DNA of 64,000 nucleotides, from NCBI GenBank assembly GCA_963816395.1, contig CAWFKQ010000007.1, positions 288,001 through 352,000 of the forward strand, written 5' to 3'. Under the pieces are notes generated by a model that did not search any database, was not told the origin of the DNA, and saw nothing but the letters and a program-made list of their open reading frames with translations. Of this stretch, positions 8,648 to 21,194 are shown in pieces (the first letter of the stretch is position 1; every line of letters begins with the position of its first letter). The position numbers and the translations under genes are program-made. This DNA comes from an uncultured delta proteobacterium (GTDB taxonomy: Bacteria; Desulfobacterota; Desulfuromonadia; Desulfuromonadales; JACZKF01).

Positions 8648-10140
8648 ATGGATTTCCGGCGACCTTTTCGCCTTGCGCTGAGCATCCTGCTCTTCGTGCT
8701 GCCGATCCTCGGCGGCTCTCTCTCGCCCACGCCCAGGAGGCGGCGCAGAAAACGCTGCAGCTGCGGCTCGGCGGCTCCGAGCTGGTTCATACCGAATACC
8801 CCTTCCGGCGGGTCTCCATCGCCGATCCTGATGTGGCCGACGTGGTTGTACTCTCCCCCCGCGAACTCTACGTCTACGGCAAAAAGGTCGGTTATACCAG
8901 CATTATCCTGTGGGACGAGGAACAGGGGAAAACATTGCTGGACGTGGTCGTCGCCCTCGATCTGACCGCCTTGAAGGAGAAGTTGCACGAGCTCTACCCC
9001 AACCAGGACATCAAGGTCTATGCCTCGGAAAAAGGGGTGGTCCTCTCCGGCACCGTCACCGGCCCCGAAGTGGCGGAGCAGGTAATCCGCCTGACCCAGA
9101 ATTATCTGCCCAAGGAAGCGGAAGGTAAGGGAACCAGTCAAGGCACTGGCCGCTCGGGCGCCGGCATCACCAACCTCCTGAAGGTCGGCGGACCGCAGCA
9201 GGTCCTGCTGGAAGTCAAGGTAGCCGAGGTGACTCGGAACTGGAACAAGGTCCTGCAGGCGGGAATCGGCCTCGGAAGGTCTGGGTGAAGGATTTTACCG
9301 GCGCTTTCGGCACCAACACCCTCGACGGGGTGATGCAGAGCCCAGGTTCCCTGTTCCTCAACTTCGCCGGCAATGCCGCCAATATTTTTCTAAAAGTGGA
9401 TAATTTCCAGGCTGCCCTGCAATTTTTGGAAGGTAACGACCTGGCGCGCACCCTGGCCGAACCGCGCCTGGTAACCATGAGCGGTCAGCAGGCGAGCTTC
9501 CTAGCCGGCGGCGAGTTCCCGATCCCGGTCCCGCAGGACATCAATACCATTACCATCGAATACAAGGAGTTCGGCGTTGCGCTGAACTTCACCCCGGTGG
9601 TCGAAAGCGACGGCCGGATCAGGCTGCGGGTGGCGCCGAGCGTCAGCGAAATCGCCTCCACCAGCGTCATCCCGGCGGGGATCGTCGGGGACGAATTTCG
9701 TCGTGCCCAACCTCTCCACCCGACGCTTGGACACGACCGTGGAAATGTATGACGGGCAGACCCTGGCCCTGGCCGGCCTCCTGCAGGACAACCTGCGGGA
9801 AACCATCAATAAAATACCTGGCCTGGGCGATATCCCCATACTCGGCGCCCTCTTCCGCAGCACGCAATATCAGCAGCAGAAAACGGACCTTCTGGTCGCC
9901 GTCACTCCCCACCTTGTCAAACCTGTAAAGGAAGGCTCCATGAAACTCCCCGGAGAATTCATGAAAACCCCAAATGCTTACGAGTTTTACCTGGAAGGGC
10001 GATTGGAAGGAAAGCGCCCCTTCGACGAGCAATCCGCCTTCGGCCACCACGATTTTCAAGGCGATGGCGCCGCCGCCGAATTGAAGGAAGGCGGATTGGA
10101 TGGTGATTTCGGCTTCCAGCCGGTTAAAGCAGGCCAATAA
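8648..10140 (+). CDS. cpaC: Secretin CpaC/RcpA (several frameshifts)
   Basis: QQVLLEVKVAEV, LAEPRLVTMSGQQASFLAGGEFPIP, KIPGLGDIPILGALFRS, VTPHLV. Confidence 0.92.
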
Positions 10141-10151
10141 GGGAGGGAACC

Positions 10152-10448
10152 ATGCGAAGACTCATTCTTCTGATCGGCGCACTGATGCTTCTGGCGGCCT
10201 GTGCTCCCTTAGAAAATGCCTATTATGTCGATAAGGAATTCGGCAAGAGCAGTCAGGCGGCCTGGGACCAGATGGTCATCAACAAGAATGCGCCGCATGG
10301 AGATCAGACGCCGACTGGGCTGGATGGCGTTGCTGCCGAAGAAATCATGAATGTCACCAATCAGACATTTGCCGAAAAAACAGAGAAGACCGCAGGTTTT
10401 TCAATTCGAAATGGGTGGTACACAGTGAAAATTACCAGATTTTCATGA
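10152..10448 (+). CDS. Small lipoprotein of Tad locus (possible pilotin)
   Basis: Lipobox LLAAC; GGAGGG RBS; located between secretin and TadE. Confidence 0.65.
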   Translation: MRRLILLIGALMLLAACAPLENAYYVDKEFGKSSQAAWDQMVINKNAPHGDQTPTGLDGVAAEEIMNVTNQTFAEKTEKTAGFSIRNGWYTVKITRFS

Positions 10449-10903
10449 CAAACATGAAACTCGCCGATGAAAAAGGCGCTTCGCTGGTCGAATTTGCCAT
10501 CGTTCTTCCTCTTCTGATTGATTCTTCTATTCGGTATCATCGAATTCGGCTCCTTCTTTACAACAAGGCTGTAATCACCAACGCCAGTCGGGAGGGGGCT
10601 CGGGCAGGCATCGTATATTCCTATATTGAGGACCCTGGCAATCCGCCCTTTACAAGGATAAGCAGCGACGAGATAAAAACCGTAGTAAACAATTATGCTG
10701 GGTCGCACTTAGTAACATTCTGCTCAGATCAAGACACATTGGATATCACAGTCACACCAACCGACCCCAGGAAATTGCCTTCCGGGCAATCGCTTTCCGT
10801 AACGGTAAGTTACGATTATTGTTTCCTCGTCATTCCGGCACTGACCAGCCTTTTCAGCACCCCAATAACCATTTCGGGAACCACCATCATGAGGGCCGAA
10901 TGA
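10445..10903 (+). CDS. tadE: TadE-like pseudopilin (local frameshifts)
   Basis: KGASLVEFAIVLPLL...NASREGARAG. Confidence 0.88.
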   Translation: MTNMKLADEKGASLVEFAIVLPLLIDSSIRYHRIRLLLYNKAVITNASREGARAGIVYSYIEDPGNPPFTRISSDEIKTVVNNYAGSHLVTFCSDQDTLDITVTPTDPRKLPSGQSLSVTVSYDYCFLVIPALTSLFSTPITISGTTIMRAE

Positions 10904-12328
10904 TGGGCAGACAATTCGAAAACAACCGAGGCGTTGTACTGGTGCTGGTGGCCATCCTGCTCTTTGTCCTGGTGGGAATGGCAGCACTCGCCATCGATCT
11001 TGGCCATTTATACATGGTCCGGAACGAACTGCAGAACGCTGCGGATGCCGGCGCCCTCGCCGGCGCGGCTGATTTGTACATGATCGACCCTGTTACCAAT
11101 GTGGCAAGCGTCAACCCGAATGCGAATCTCACCGCCTGGCAGGCGGCGACCGCAAACCGGGCGACAGCCAAGTATGCAGAGGGTGGGAGTTACTACCGGC
11201 CCGTGGATATCCATTTCGATCCAGATGATCCTAATGCTGCCCCGGCCCCGAACCCAAACCCAGGGGATCTATTGAAAGGTGATATTCAGCGAGGGCACTG
11301 GAGTTTCAGCTTGACGCCTAAATTTTCCAGGAATGATTCACTGGCAGCATTCTCGGAGGAAACCCTCTGGAACTCCACTTTTGATGAACTGGACAAGAAC
11401 ACCGATCTGATCAATGCCGTCCAGGTAACTGCCAGGCGTGATGCTAATCCGGCATCTTCTTTCTTCGCCCGCATCTTCGGCATGGATCAATTTCTTTTGA
11501 GTGCCACTGCCGTAGCCTATCTCGGCTTTGCAAACACTATTAATCCTGGTGAGATAGATTTTCCGCTGGCAGTCTGTGAGGAAACCATCACCAGCGGCGG
11601 CAAACTGGAATGCAATTTCAGCCGACTGATCAACAGCAGCGATAAAGCGGATGCAAACACGGCGGGATGGACCAACTTCTCCCAGGATACTCCTTACTGG
11701 CCGGATGGATGCCAAAACCCGAACACCTCCGAGGTCGCCGGTACTGGGTAACACCCGGCCTGGTCTGCAGTGGTGGAAATCCGAAACCGGTCGTCATACC
11801 CACACCAATGGGGGTGAACGGTGGAGCAATGGAGCCGGTCTTCGATGCCGTTCGGGACTGCTGGGATGACTATCAGGCGGCGAACATGGCAGATCCGGAT
11901 ATCGGCAAACCGATGCCCAAGGAAGTCACTGCAGTAGTTGTCAAATGCGGCGACAGCGACGGCAAAGTCGCCAATGCCAATGGCCCCTGTCTGCCGACTC
12001 ACCCGCCGGTAAAGCTCAGGATTATCTGGATAAGCCCGAAAACATGGCCTGAACCGCAGAAATGGGATTATGCCCCGAAGTGGATGGGGGACCCGAGACC
12101 AGATCACGAAGACTTCGATCAAAGAGCGAATACCGACGGGAATGACCGCTGGAGGAAATTCGTTGAGCATTTTGAATTAAAAAACCCGGCCGGATTGACT
12201 TGCTTACGACGATTATTATCCGAAAACCATTTATGCCATGCCGGATTGCGGAAAAATCCTTCCCATGGGGTCCACTGGCGGATCCGGTACCGGCCCACTG
12301 GCAAGAATTCCGATCCTTGTAAAAATAA
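10900..12328 (+). CDS. tadG: TadG-like protein with Cys-rich C-terminal region (frameshifted)
   Basis: RGVVLVLVA...ALAIDLG...ELQNAADAGALAGA. Confidence 0.85.
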
Positions 12329-12339
12329 CGGAGGAATTC

Positions 12340-13500
12340 ATGTTCCATCCGATTCAGGTCGCGTTGGACATCCAGGACCGGGACATGGGGAAAGCCATCA
12401 CCGGGGAATACCTGAACCACGCGGAAATCAATTTAATAGAGAAACCGGGAAAAGCGAGCGAGCCGAACATCTATTTCCTCGAAGATGAATCAACCTCGGG
12501 AGATGTTCAGGATCGAATCCGCGCATTGCGTCGGAAGTTTCCGCAAAGTCTCACATTTTCGTCATCTCCTCCGATCCGACCCGGAGCATATCATCGAGGT
12601 GATGAAGGCCGGGGCAAGCGAGTATTTCCTTAACCCGATAAATCCACAGAAGGTAAAGGATGCTATCAACCGGATCAAACTCCAGGTTTTCAAAGGGGGA
12701 AAGGATGCGAACGGCGCCACCTACGCCTTTCTCAGCAGCAAGGGGGGACTCGGTGCAACGGTTCTCTCGGTCAATGTCGCGGCGGCCTTGGCTGCACGCA
12801 AGGCGGGGAGGTCGGCCCTGATCGACCTTTGTCTGCAGTCGGGCGACAGCAGCGTCCTGCTCGATCTCGTGCCGAAAACGACCATTGTCGACATCGCGCG
12901 GAATTTCGATCGCCTGGATGCCGCGCTGATCGCCGGGGTGGTGGAAAAGCATGACCTCGGCATCGACCTCCTCGCCGCTCCGGCCTCAGCCTGAGGATGC
13001 CGGGGAAGTCACCCCCGAGCAGGTGCAGCGTCTCCTGCAACTCTGCCGAGAGAATGTACCAGAGTGTCGTGGTCGATTGCCCATCGATCACCTTTGACGA
13101 CCGAATGCTGGAAGTCTTCCGGGCGGCGGACAAGACCTTCATCATCACCGACATGTCGGTTCCCGCCGTGCGCAATGCATCTCGACTGCTGAAAATCTTC
13201 TATCGGGCGGGGTTCCTGCCGAAAACGCTGGAAGTGGTGGCAAACCGTTTCACCAAGGGCCAGACGGGAACCATCGAGGATGTCGAGAAAACCCTGGGTC
13301 GGCGCCTTTACTGGCTCTTCCCCAACGACTTCGAAAATACCATGGCCGCGACCAACCGGGGCACCCCCCTGCTGAAATACAACCCGCGGGCGCCCCTGGC
13401 CCGCAGCATCATTGAGTTCGCCCAGAGACTTGTGAATCCAGCCGCCATGCCGAATTACCGCGGCATCAAGAGGCCTTCTGGGCAAAGCCATTTAGTTTAG
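12340..13500 (+). CDS. cpaE: CpaE/TadZ receiver-MinD-like ATPase (frameshifted)
   Basis: MKAGASEYF, SSKGGLGATVLSVNVA, VVVDCP, AATNRGTP. Confidence 0.88.
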
Positions 13501-13509
13501 GAGATCAAT

Positions 13510-14889
13510 GTGGAATTAAAGGGTTTCTTCTCCCGCTCCCCTCGCAAACCCGCGCCGGTTTCTTCTCTGCCGACGGCTGCATCTGACGCACCCAAGCCCT
13601 GGGATTACCAGAAGACGGATCTCTATTACGAAACCAAGCACAAGATTCACCAGCGGCTGGTGGAGGATCTGAATCTCGAGGCCCTGGATACCATGGACGT
13701 CGCCGACATCCGCCCCGAGCTCGCGAAGATTGTCGAAACTCTCCTGCAGGAGGAGAAGGCGCTCTTCAACGAGGAGGAGATCCGGGTACTGGTGGATGAG
13801 ATCCTCGACGAGTTGCGGGGACTCGGTCCGATCGAGCCGCTGCTCAAGGACCCGGGAATCTCCGATATCCTGATCAACACCTATCGGAACATCTATATCG
13901 AACGGCAGGGCCTTCTTGAGCGGACGCATGTCCGCTTCCTCGACGATCGGCACCTGATGAACATCATCGACCGGATCGTCTCGCGGGTCGGGAGACGGAT
14001 CGACGAATCCACCCCGATGGTCGACGCCCGCCTGCCTGACGGCTCGCGCGTCAACGCCATCATCCCGCCCCTGGCCATCGACGGGCCGATCGTCTCCATC
14101 CGCCGCTTCGCGGTGAAGCCGCTGAAGCTGGAGGACCTGATCCGCTATGGCGCCATCACGCAGGAGGTCGGCGAATTCCTCGCCGGCTGCGTCAAGGCGA
14201 AGCTGAACGTGATGATCTCCGGCGGCACCGGCGCCGGCAAGACTACTCTGCTCAACGTGCTCTCCGGCTTCATTCCCGGCAACGAACGCATCGTCACCAT
14301 CGAGGACGCGGCCGAACTGCAGCTGCAGCAGGAACACGTGGTGCGGCTGGAAACGCGGCCGTCGAATATCGAGGGGAAGGGGCAGATCACCCCGCGCGAC
14401 CTGGTGATCAACAGCCTGCGCATGCGCCCGGACCGCATCATCGTCGGCGAGGTGCGCGGCCCCGAGGCCTTCGACATGCTGCAGGCGATGAACACCGGCC
14501 ATGACGGCTCGCTGACCACCATCCACGCCAACACGCCGCGCGACTCCCTGACCCGTCTGGAATCGATGATCCTGATGACCGGGGTGCAGCTGCCGGAGAA
14601 AGCCATGCGCTTCATGATTTCCTCGGCGCTCGACCTGATCATCCAGGGATCCCGCCTGCCGGACGGCAGCCGCAAGATCACTTCGGTCAGCGAAGTGGTC
14701 GGCATGGAAGGAGAGATGATCACTTTGCAGGAGATCTTCGTTTACGAAAAAAAAGGGTTGGACGAAAACGGCAAAGTGCTCGGCCGCTTCCGGGCCACCG
14801 GCATTCGTCCCAAATTCGCCGACCGGCTGGAGCTGGCCGGGATTCGCCTGCCGGAAAACCTCTTCTCCTCCGAGCGATTCTGGGAATGA
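13510..14889 (+). CDS. cpaF: CpaF/TadA secretion ATPase
   Basis: [40 protein letters not shown]. Confidence 0.97.
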   Translation: MELKGFFSRSPRKPAPVSSLPTAASDAPKPWDYQKTDLYYETKHKIHQRLVEDLNLEALDTMDVADIRPELAKIVETLLQEEKALFNEEEIRVLVDEILDELRGLGPIEPLLKDPGISDILINTYRNIYIERQGLLERTHVRFLDDRHLMNIIDRIVSRVGRRIDESTPMVDARLPDGSRVNAIIPPLAIDGPIVSIRRFAVKPLKLEDLIRYGAITQEVGEFLAGCVKAKLNVMISGGTGAGKTTLLNVLSGFIPGNERIVTIEDAAELQLQQEHVVRLETRPSNIEGKGQITPRDLVINSLRMRPDRIIVGEVRGPEAFDMLQAMNTGHDGSLTTIHANTPRDSLTRLESMILMTGVQLPEKAMRFMISSALDLIIQGSRLPDGSRKITSVSEVVGMEGEMITLQEIFVYEKKGLDENGKVLGRFRATGIRPKFADRLELAGIRLPENLFSSERFWE

Positions 14890-14894
14890 GGCAG

Positions 14895-14978
14895 TAGTGC
14901 CCTCCCCCAGACCTCCCATCGAAGGGAGGGGAGCTTTTAAATTCCCTCTCCCCTTGTGGGAGAGGGTTAGGGAGAGGG
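14895..14978. repeat. CCCTCTCCC/GGGAGAGGG element, copy 2 (inverted relative to copy 1)
   Basis: Reverse complement aligns with 7541-7628. Confidence 0.85.
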
Positions 14979-15027
14979 GTCGGGTCGCCGACTGCAAATA
15001 CCGGACACTGCTGGGAATGAGGAATCA

Positions 15028-16006
15028 ATGGACCAACTGACCCTTTTATTGCTGCTGGCCGTTTTTCTTTTTGTCGTCACCCTGGTCGAACTGGCCTGGC
15101 TGACCTGGGCGCGCAGTCATTTCAAGGAGCGTTATGCCATCAAGCGCCGGCTGCTTTTCATCTCGGCCGGGGGAAAACACGGCCAGGAGAAGCTGACCCT
15201 CTACAAAAACCGGGCACTGAATGACGTCGGGGCACTGGAGAAGCTGGCCTACAGCCTGCCGCGCGCCCAGCGCCTCGACCGGATGCTGCTGCGCTCCGGC
15301 CTGGCCATCAACGCCTCCTCCTTCCTCCTCGCCAGTCTGGCCCTCGGCGGAATCGGCTTCCTTGCCGGTCTGCGCCTGCTCCCGGACTGGACGGCGGCGT
15401 TTGGGCCGAGTTTAGCTCTGCTCTTCCTCCCTCTCCTCTGGCTTAAGGGCCGAGAGCGCCAGGCATTGGCGAAGTTCGACGATCAGTTGCCGGAAGCGCT
15501 GGATCTTCTCGCCCGCTCATTGCGGTCCGGTATGGCGATGTCGGCGGGGATGGAGATCATCACCCAGGAAATGGACGAGCCGCTCCGTTCTGAATTCGCC
15601 GCCGCCAGCGACGAGATCAATCTCGGGCTTTCTTTCCGGGAAGCCCTGGAGAACATGTGCGAGAGGGTACCGAGCCGCGACCTTCGCTTCTTCGCCGTCG
15701 CCATCCTGATCCAGCGCGATACCGGCGGCAACATCGCCGAAATCCTCGACCAGATCAGCGGCCTCATTCGCGAGCGGACCAAATTCAAGCGCCACGTGAA
15801 AACATTGACGGCGGAGGGGCGGATCTCCGGGGTGGTCCTCATCGGCCTGCCCGTGGTCCATGTTCATTTATCTGTATTTTGTCAATTACAACTACGTCTC
15901 CCTGCTCTGGAAGGATCCAATCGGCTACATCATGACGATCTTTTCAGTGATCAGCATGATCATCGGCTACCTGGTGATAAGAAAAATCACCCAGATTGAG
16001 ATTTGA
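15028..16006 (+). CDS. tadB: TadB inner-membrane platform protein (3' frameshift)
   Basis: QLPEALDLLARSLRSG, QRDTGGNIAEIL, TAEGRISG. Confidence 0.92.
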
Positions 16007-16009
16007 GAG

Positions 16010-16986
16010 ATGAATGAACTGCTGACGTTTCTTTCCGGCCCCATGGGACAGTACCTGATTCTGACGATGGTTTTTTTGGCCGCCGCTTCGATTGCCGCAG
16101 GTCTCGCCATCCTTTTTCTGCGGCCGGAGGCGATCGGTGCCCGCCTCAATTACCTGCTGACGGCCCCTGGTGCTATTCTCCGTGGGAGATCGAAACTCAC
16201 TCAGGAGGAATCCACCGGGCTGGTGGCAAAGGTCACCAAGCCCTTACACAAACTCTCCGTGCCGAGCGAGGAGGCGATCCGCAAGAAAGTCCGGTTGAAA
16301 CTGATTCAGGCTGGCTTCCGTTCCAACCAGGCTTACCGCAATTTTCTCGCGGCAAAGACGGCCGGCACCGTTCTTCTGCCCACTGGCCTGGCTGCTCCGC
16401 GGAGCTGTTCCTCTCTTTCGATGCCAAAACAGTCGCGGTGGCGCTCTCCCTGGCCGCGGTCGGCTATTTGTTGCCCGACTTTATCCTTTCCCATTTTCGC
16501 CAGAAGCGACAGGAAAAGATTTTCAAGGGAGTCCCGGATGCCCTGGACATGATGGTGGTCTGCGTCGAGGCGGGACTGGCCCTGGACATGACGTTCAAAC
16601 GGGTGGGGGAAGAGATCCGCTCTCTGTCCACCGACCTGAGTGACGAATTCCTGCTGACCAACCTCGAGGTGCGCGCCGGCAAGGCACGCGACGAAGCCCT
16701 GCGTAATATGTCACAAAGAACAGGAGTTCCGGAGGTGCAGAACCTGACTGCCGTCCTCATCCAGACCAGCCGATTCGGCACCAGCCTGGCTAAGGCGCTG
16801 CGGGTCCATTCCGAGAGCATGCGCACCAAACGCCGGCAGATGGCCGAGGAGATCGCCGCCAAATCGGCGGTCAAGCTCCTCATCCCCTTGGTGCTTTTTA
16901 TTTTCCCGACGATATTCGTCGTGCTGCTCGGACCGGCCGCCATCCAGATTGCGCGAAACCTGCTCCCCGCCCTCGGCGGCCATTGA
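16010..16986 (+). CDS. tadC: TadC platform protein (frameshift ~16400)
   Basis: PDALDMMVVCVEAGLALD, FGTSLAKALR, KLLIPLVLFIFP. Confidence 0.92.
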
Positions 16987-16995
16987 GGAAAAACG

Positions 16996-17909
16996 ATGGA
17001 AAGATTACTGCCCTTGTTCCTCACCTTGTCTGCTCTGCAGTTGTACGACCACCACTGTCCAGCACACTCCCCTGCCTGGCACCGATCTGACCAGCCTGGC
17101 TGATGCCCATGGAATGGAAGGCCGTTCCCTGGAGAAAATGCCGGCAGACGAACTGATCCGCGAAGGACGCGGTTTTCTGGCCAAGGGGAACCTGTCGCTG
17201 GCGGAACTGCACTTCCTGGTCGCGCTGAAAAAGAAGCCGGATTCGGCCGCCGCCTGCACCGGTTTCGGTGATGCCAGGGCGCTCGCCGGCGATCAGGGAA
17301 AAGCCGAGGCCGCCTACAATGCTGCCCTGGAGAGAACGCCGGGATATCTGCCTGCCCTGCTGGCCCTGGGAAGACTGCACCGCGAATCGGGCAAACCGGA
17401 ACAGGCAGTCATTGATTTCCAAAAAGCCCTGGAGGCGCATGCGGACGATCCGCAGGCAACATCGGAACTGGCGATCACCTATGACGGCCTGGGACGGTAC
17501 GATGAAGCGGAGCCGCTGCATCGGCGGGTTGCCGAAGCGCGGCCCGATTCCGCCTCGGCTTTCAACAATCTGGGCTTCCACTACCTGCTGAAGGGCGCTT
17601 ACCCCGAGGCCGCCACAGCCCTGCAGAAGGCCTTGCGCCTGGAACCGAACAATGCCCTGACCCGCAACAACCTGGCAGCGGCCTATGTTCTCGCCGGCGA
17701 GAGCGATCAGGCGCTTTCCCTCTTCCAGAAAACCCTGGGGCCGGCCGCCGCCTGGAATAATCTCGGCTATATCTACATGACCCAGGGGAAGCGGGAGACT
17801 GGCGGAGAAAGCCTTTCGCCGGGCACTTGATCTGAACCCCCAATTCTACGCCGCTGCCAAGGAGAATCTGGACAAGCTCAAGAGAGAAGAGAAGGCGACC
17901 GGGCAATGA
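16996..17909 (+). CDS. tadD: TadD-like TPR lipoprotein (frameshifted at both ends)
   Basis: Multiple TPRs (AFNNLG, NNLAAAY, AWNNLGYIY); LCSC lipobox. Confidence 0.82.
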
Positions 17910-17930
17910 AATGGCCGGAGTGCTGAGTTC

Positions 17931-18019
17931 CCCCCTCTCCCTAACCCTCTCCCACAAGGGGAGAGGGGATTTATGTCCTGCTCCCTCTCCCTTGATGGGA
18001 GAGGGCCGGGGAGAGGGTG
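17931..18019. repeat. CCCTCTCCC/GGGAGAGGG element, copy 3
   Basis: Same ~36-bp core as copies 1 and 2; double hairpin. Confidence 0.85.
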
Positions 18020-18076
18020 AAGTCGATTGGCTGAGCCAACACAAATGCGATTTTCAGAATGTCAGGAGGTCATAGA

Positions 18077-18709
18077 ATGAAACGGATTGTTCTTCTGCTG
18101 GTACTCGCCTTCACCGCTTCCCCCGCCCTCGCCTTCCATCTCGGCCCGGCCACCCCGGCGGCCGGGCATGGGCAGGTAAATGTCGGCATTGGATACTTCT
18201 TCTACCAAGCTGAGTGGGACGGGATCGACGTGGAGCAGAATCGGCCCTATGTGCATGTCGGATACGGTTTGGGAATGGAGAATGAACCGCGTTGGGAGGC
18301 TTACATCCGAGGCGGCGCCGCCGACCTGCGGGCCTCCTCCGAGGACTTCAGCGCCGATTACAAGCCCTTCGGCATCGCCGGCATAAAGGGAGCATTCTGG
18401 GACGGGCCTCGGTTCGGGTGGGGCATGGTGGTCCAGGGAGGGATTTTCGGTGATTTCAAGGACAACGGTGCACACATAGAGGACGTCTGGGAGGTTGAGG
18501 GTGGCTTCCCCTTCCAGATGAAAGCAGGCCCCTTTATCTTTTATGGCGGCCCGGTCTTCTACCACACGGAAGCGGATGAAATCGAAGAAGATGACTCCTT
18601 CGGCGGTTTCGGCGGCCTGGCCCTTACCCTCGGCCCTGCACGGTTGGAGTTGGAAGGGCAATATAAAAGTGATTTTTCGACGGGCGGAATTCTGTCTTTC
18701 CAGTTCTGA
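18077..18709 (+). CDS. Outer-membrane beta-barrel protein
   Basis: Signal peptide (ALA|), alternating aromatic strands, C-terminal SFQF. Confidence 0.75.
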   Translation: MKRIVLLLVLAFTASPALAFHLGPATPAAGHGQVNVGIGYFFYQAEWDGIDVEQNRPYVHVGYGLGMENEPRWEAYIRGGAADLRASSEDFSADYKPFGIAGIKGAFWDGPRFGWGMVVQGGIFGDFKDNGAHIEDVWEVEGGFPFQMKAGPFIFYGGPVFYHTEADEIEEDDSFGGFGGLALTLGPARLELEGQYKSDFSTGGILSFQF

Positions 18710-18728
18710 AAAAAATGGTCTGAAGCAA

Positions 18729-19002
18729 TTTACAGGGATAAAGGGGATTAAGGGGATAAAACCATAACTGATTAGCGTCGATCTTCAGACAGTCTTTATT
18801 TACAGGGATGCACAGGATGAACAGGATAAAAGCATGTCCAATAGTTGCCCCATTTTATCCTGTCTTCATCCTGTCTATCCTGTTAAATTTCCTCTGCCTG
18901 GCCTGAGTTTGGGCCGGTTCAAGAAACAGGCTGAAGATTAGGGCTAACAGGAAGCTTTATGAATTTCTGAGGATTTATCCCCTGCATCCCCTTCATCCCT
19001 GT
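18729..19002. repeat. Nested palindromic elements (GGGGAT-type outer, CAGGAT-type inner)
   Basis: Outer arms 18729-18761/18973-19002; inner arms ~18800-18831/18853-18886. Confidence 0.8.
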
Positions 19003-19084
19003 TGAAAAAGATTTTGAGTCACTGGAGCGAAGTGAATAACCAGCAAATACTGAATTCTATCCAAGCTTCTGAGGAGGGCTGGTC

Positions 19085-21153
19085 ATGCGTAGATGGGTGG
19101 TCGCTGTACTCTGCATCCTGACTCTTGCCGCCTGTGGCGACAACAGCAGTTCGACGGGAGATAATCCCTTCCAGCCAGGCAGCAATACCAACAATCCCGG
19201 CGATCCCGGTGTTCCGGTAACTCCGCCCGATCAGGGCGGCACCGAGAATCCGACAGATCCGAGATTGGCCAGGATCTCCCTTGCGGCCTCCCAATACACG
19301 GTCAAGTCGGACAATTCCGATACCGCCACCCTGACCGTGACCGCCCTCGATCAGGACAATGCCGCCCTGGAGGGGGTATTGGTCTCGATTCAGGCTTCAG
19401 CCGGCCTGCTGAATACTGCGAAAATAACTACCGGCGCAAATGGAACAGCCGCTTTCACTTTCCAAGCGGGGCCGGAGAGGACGAACCAGGTTGCCACCGT
19501 GACTGTCGCTTCCGGGGAGATGGTGAAAACGGTACCTATTCTGATTACAGGCACGACGGTGGGTCTGGATGTTTCGAAAACCTCGGTGCTTCAGCATGAT
19601 TCACAGGGGATTGCGTTGTCGGGACAGGTTCTCGACGCAGCCGGAAAGCCCATTTACGGGGAAGAGATAACCCTCTCCTCCAAACTCGGAAATACTCTTT
19701 CGGCCGCGGATAAATCCGGGCCTTCCATTGTCCTCACGACCGATGTCAGCGGAAAATTTCGAGCCACTTTCAGCGGCGATGTCATCGGGGCGGATACGAT
19801 CAGCCTGAATGGCTGCGGGGTGCAGAAAGACGTCACTCTCACGGTAAAAGATTCGAATTTCAGTTTTGTCCCCCCCGAGGAAACCTCCGTCCCCGAAGGC
19901 AGCACTGTAAACCTGCTCTTCCAATGGGAGGATGAAAGTGGCCCGGTCAGCGGCAAGGCTATTACATTTGCAGCCAGTCACGGCCATTTTGAAGGTGAAG
20001 CGGAGAGCAGTCCCGGCATGATTCAGGCGACCACCGACACCCAAGGCCAGGCAACAGTTCACTACATCGCCAGTGACCTGGCTACCCCGGCAACGATCCA
20101 GGTATTCAACACCCCGGGAGCCGGTGAAGAAATGCGCGAGGATTTCCTCTACCTGAATGTCCTCACCGTAAATACCAGTCGCCTGGATGTACAGGCTTTC
20201 CCGACGGTCATACCGCCCAGTATCGGAGATACCGCTTCCACATCTACGATCATCGCCACTGTGCGGGATGATTCCAACAATCCGGTAAAAGATGCCCTGG
20301 TGAACTTCCAACTTCTCGCCGGCCCCGGGGCGGGAGAAACCATTTTCCCGGTCTCCGCCTATACTGATGCCTCGGGGCAGGCCATGACCACATTTACCGC
20401 CGGCAGCCTGACATCAGCACAGAATGGTATCAGACTTCGTGCAGTCGCCAACGGTTTCAGCGATGACGTTGAAATCACTATCGGCCAGAAAGCGGCACGG
20501 GTTGTCATCGGCACCACAAACCAGATGGAAGTCATCGAGCAAGACGGCATGGAAGTCGCTTACGGCATGCCGGTAACCGTTCTGGTAACCGACAACAACG
20601 GCAACCCCATCCCCGATCAGAGAGTAAATCTCGGGATTTATCCTCTCCGCTTCAAAACCGGCTATTGGGTGCGGATAACTGAAAGGAGATCCTGGGTGAC
20701 GACCCGCCCCATAGTGAACCGGTCATTACCGGGATCTTTGCCAATGAGGATCTGAACAGGAATGGAATCCTTGATCCATTCGAAGATGGTGCCGCAGGCA
20801 GATATTCTAGGCCAGGCTGCTTATTATCTGGACGTCAATCACTACAGTTTCCCGTCTGATCTCGAGCCATTGCCCCCTTTGCCGGCCGATTTTCAAGGGC
20901 TGAATCACAGGCTCGATCCAGGCAATGTCGCTTCCATCCCAGCGGAGGTCATTACCGATGAGAACGGCCTGGCATCGTACAAAGTCATTTACCCTAAATC
21001 CTTCGCTGTCTGGACGGATGTGGAATTGTCTGCGGCAACAATCGTCTCCGGGAGCGAAACCAAAACCCGATCTGGAAAAAGCCGCTTCCCTGGTTATGCG
21101 ATGAAAAAGGTTTTGCGGTGGAACCGGTCATCAATTCACCTTTTGGCGAATGA
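19085..21153 (+). CDS. Lipoprotein with tandem Big-1/invasin-like Ig domains (frameshifted near C-terminus)
   Basis: LAAC lipobox; repeated ATV.D...PV....V.F and TD..G.A motifs; NEDLNRNGILDPFED Ca-binding-like loop at ~20743. Confidence 0.8.
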
Positions 21154-21194
21154 CAAGACATTCCACCTGGAAAAGGGTTAAATCGGGAGGGAAA

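Noticed and set aside
13516..14997. Long antisense ORFs (also 35868-37841, 31652-33007, 47423-48682)
   Set aside because: Shadow ORFs of GC-rich genes with no recognisable motifs.
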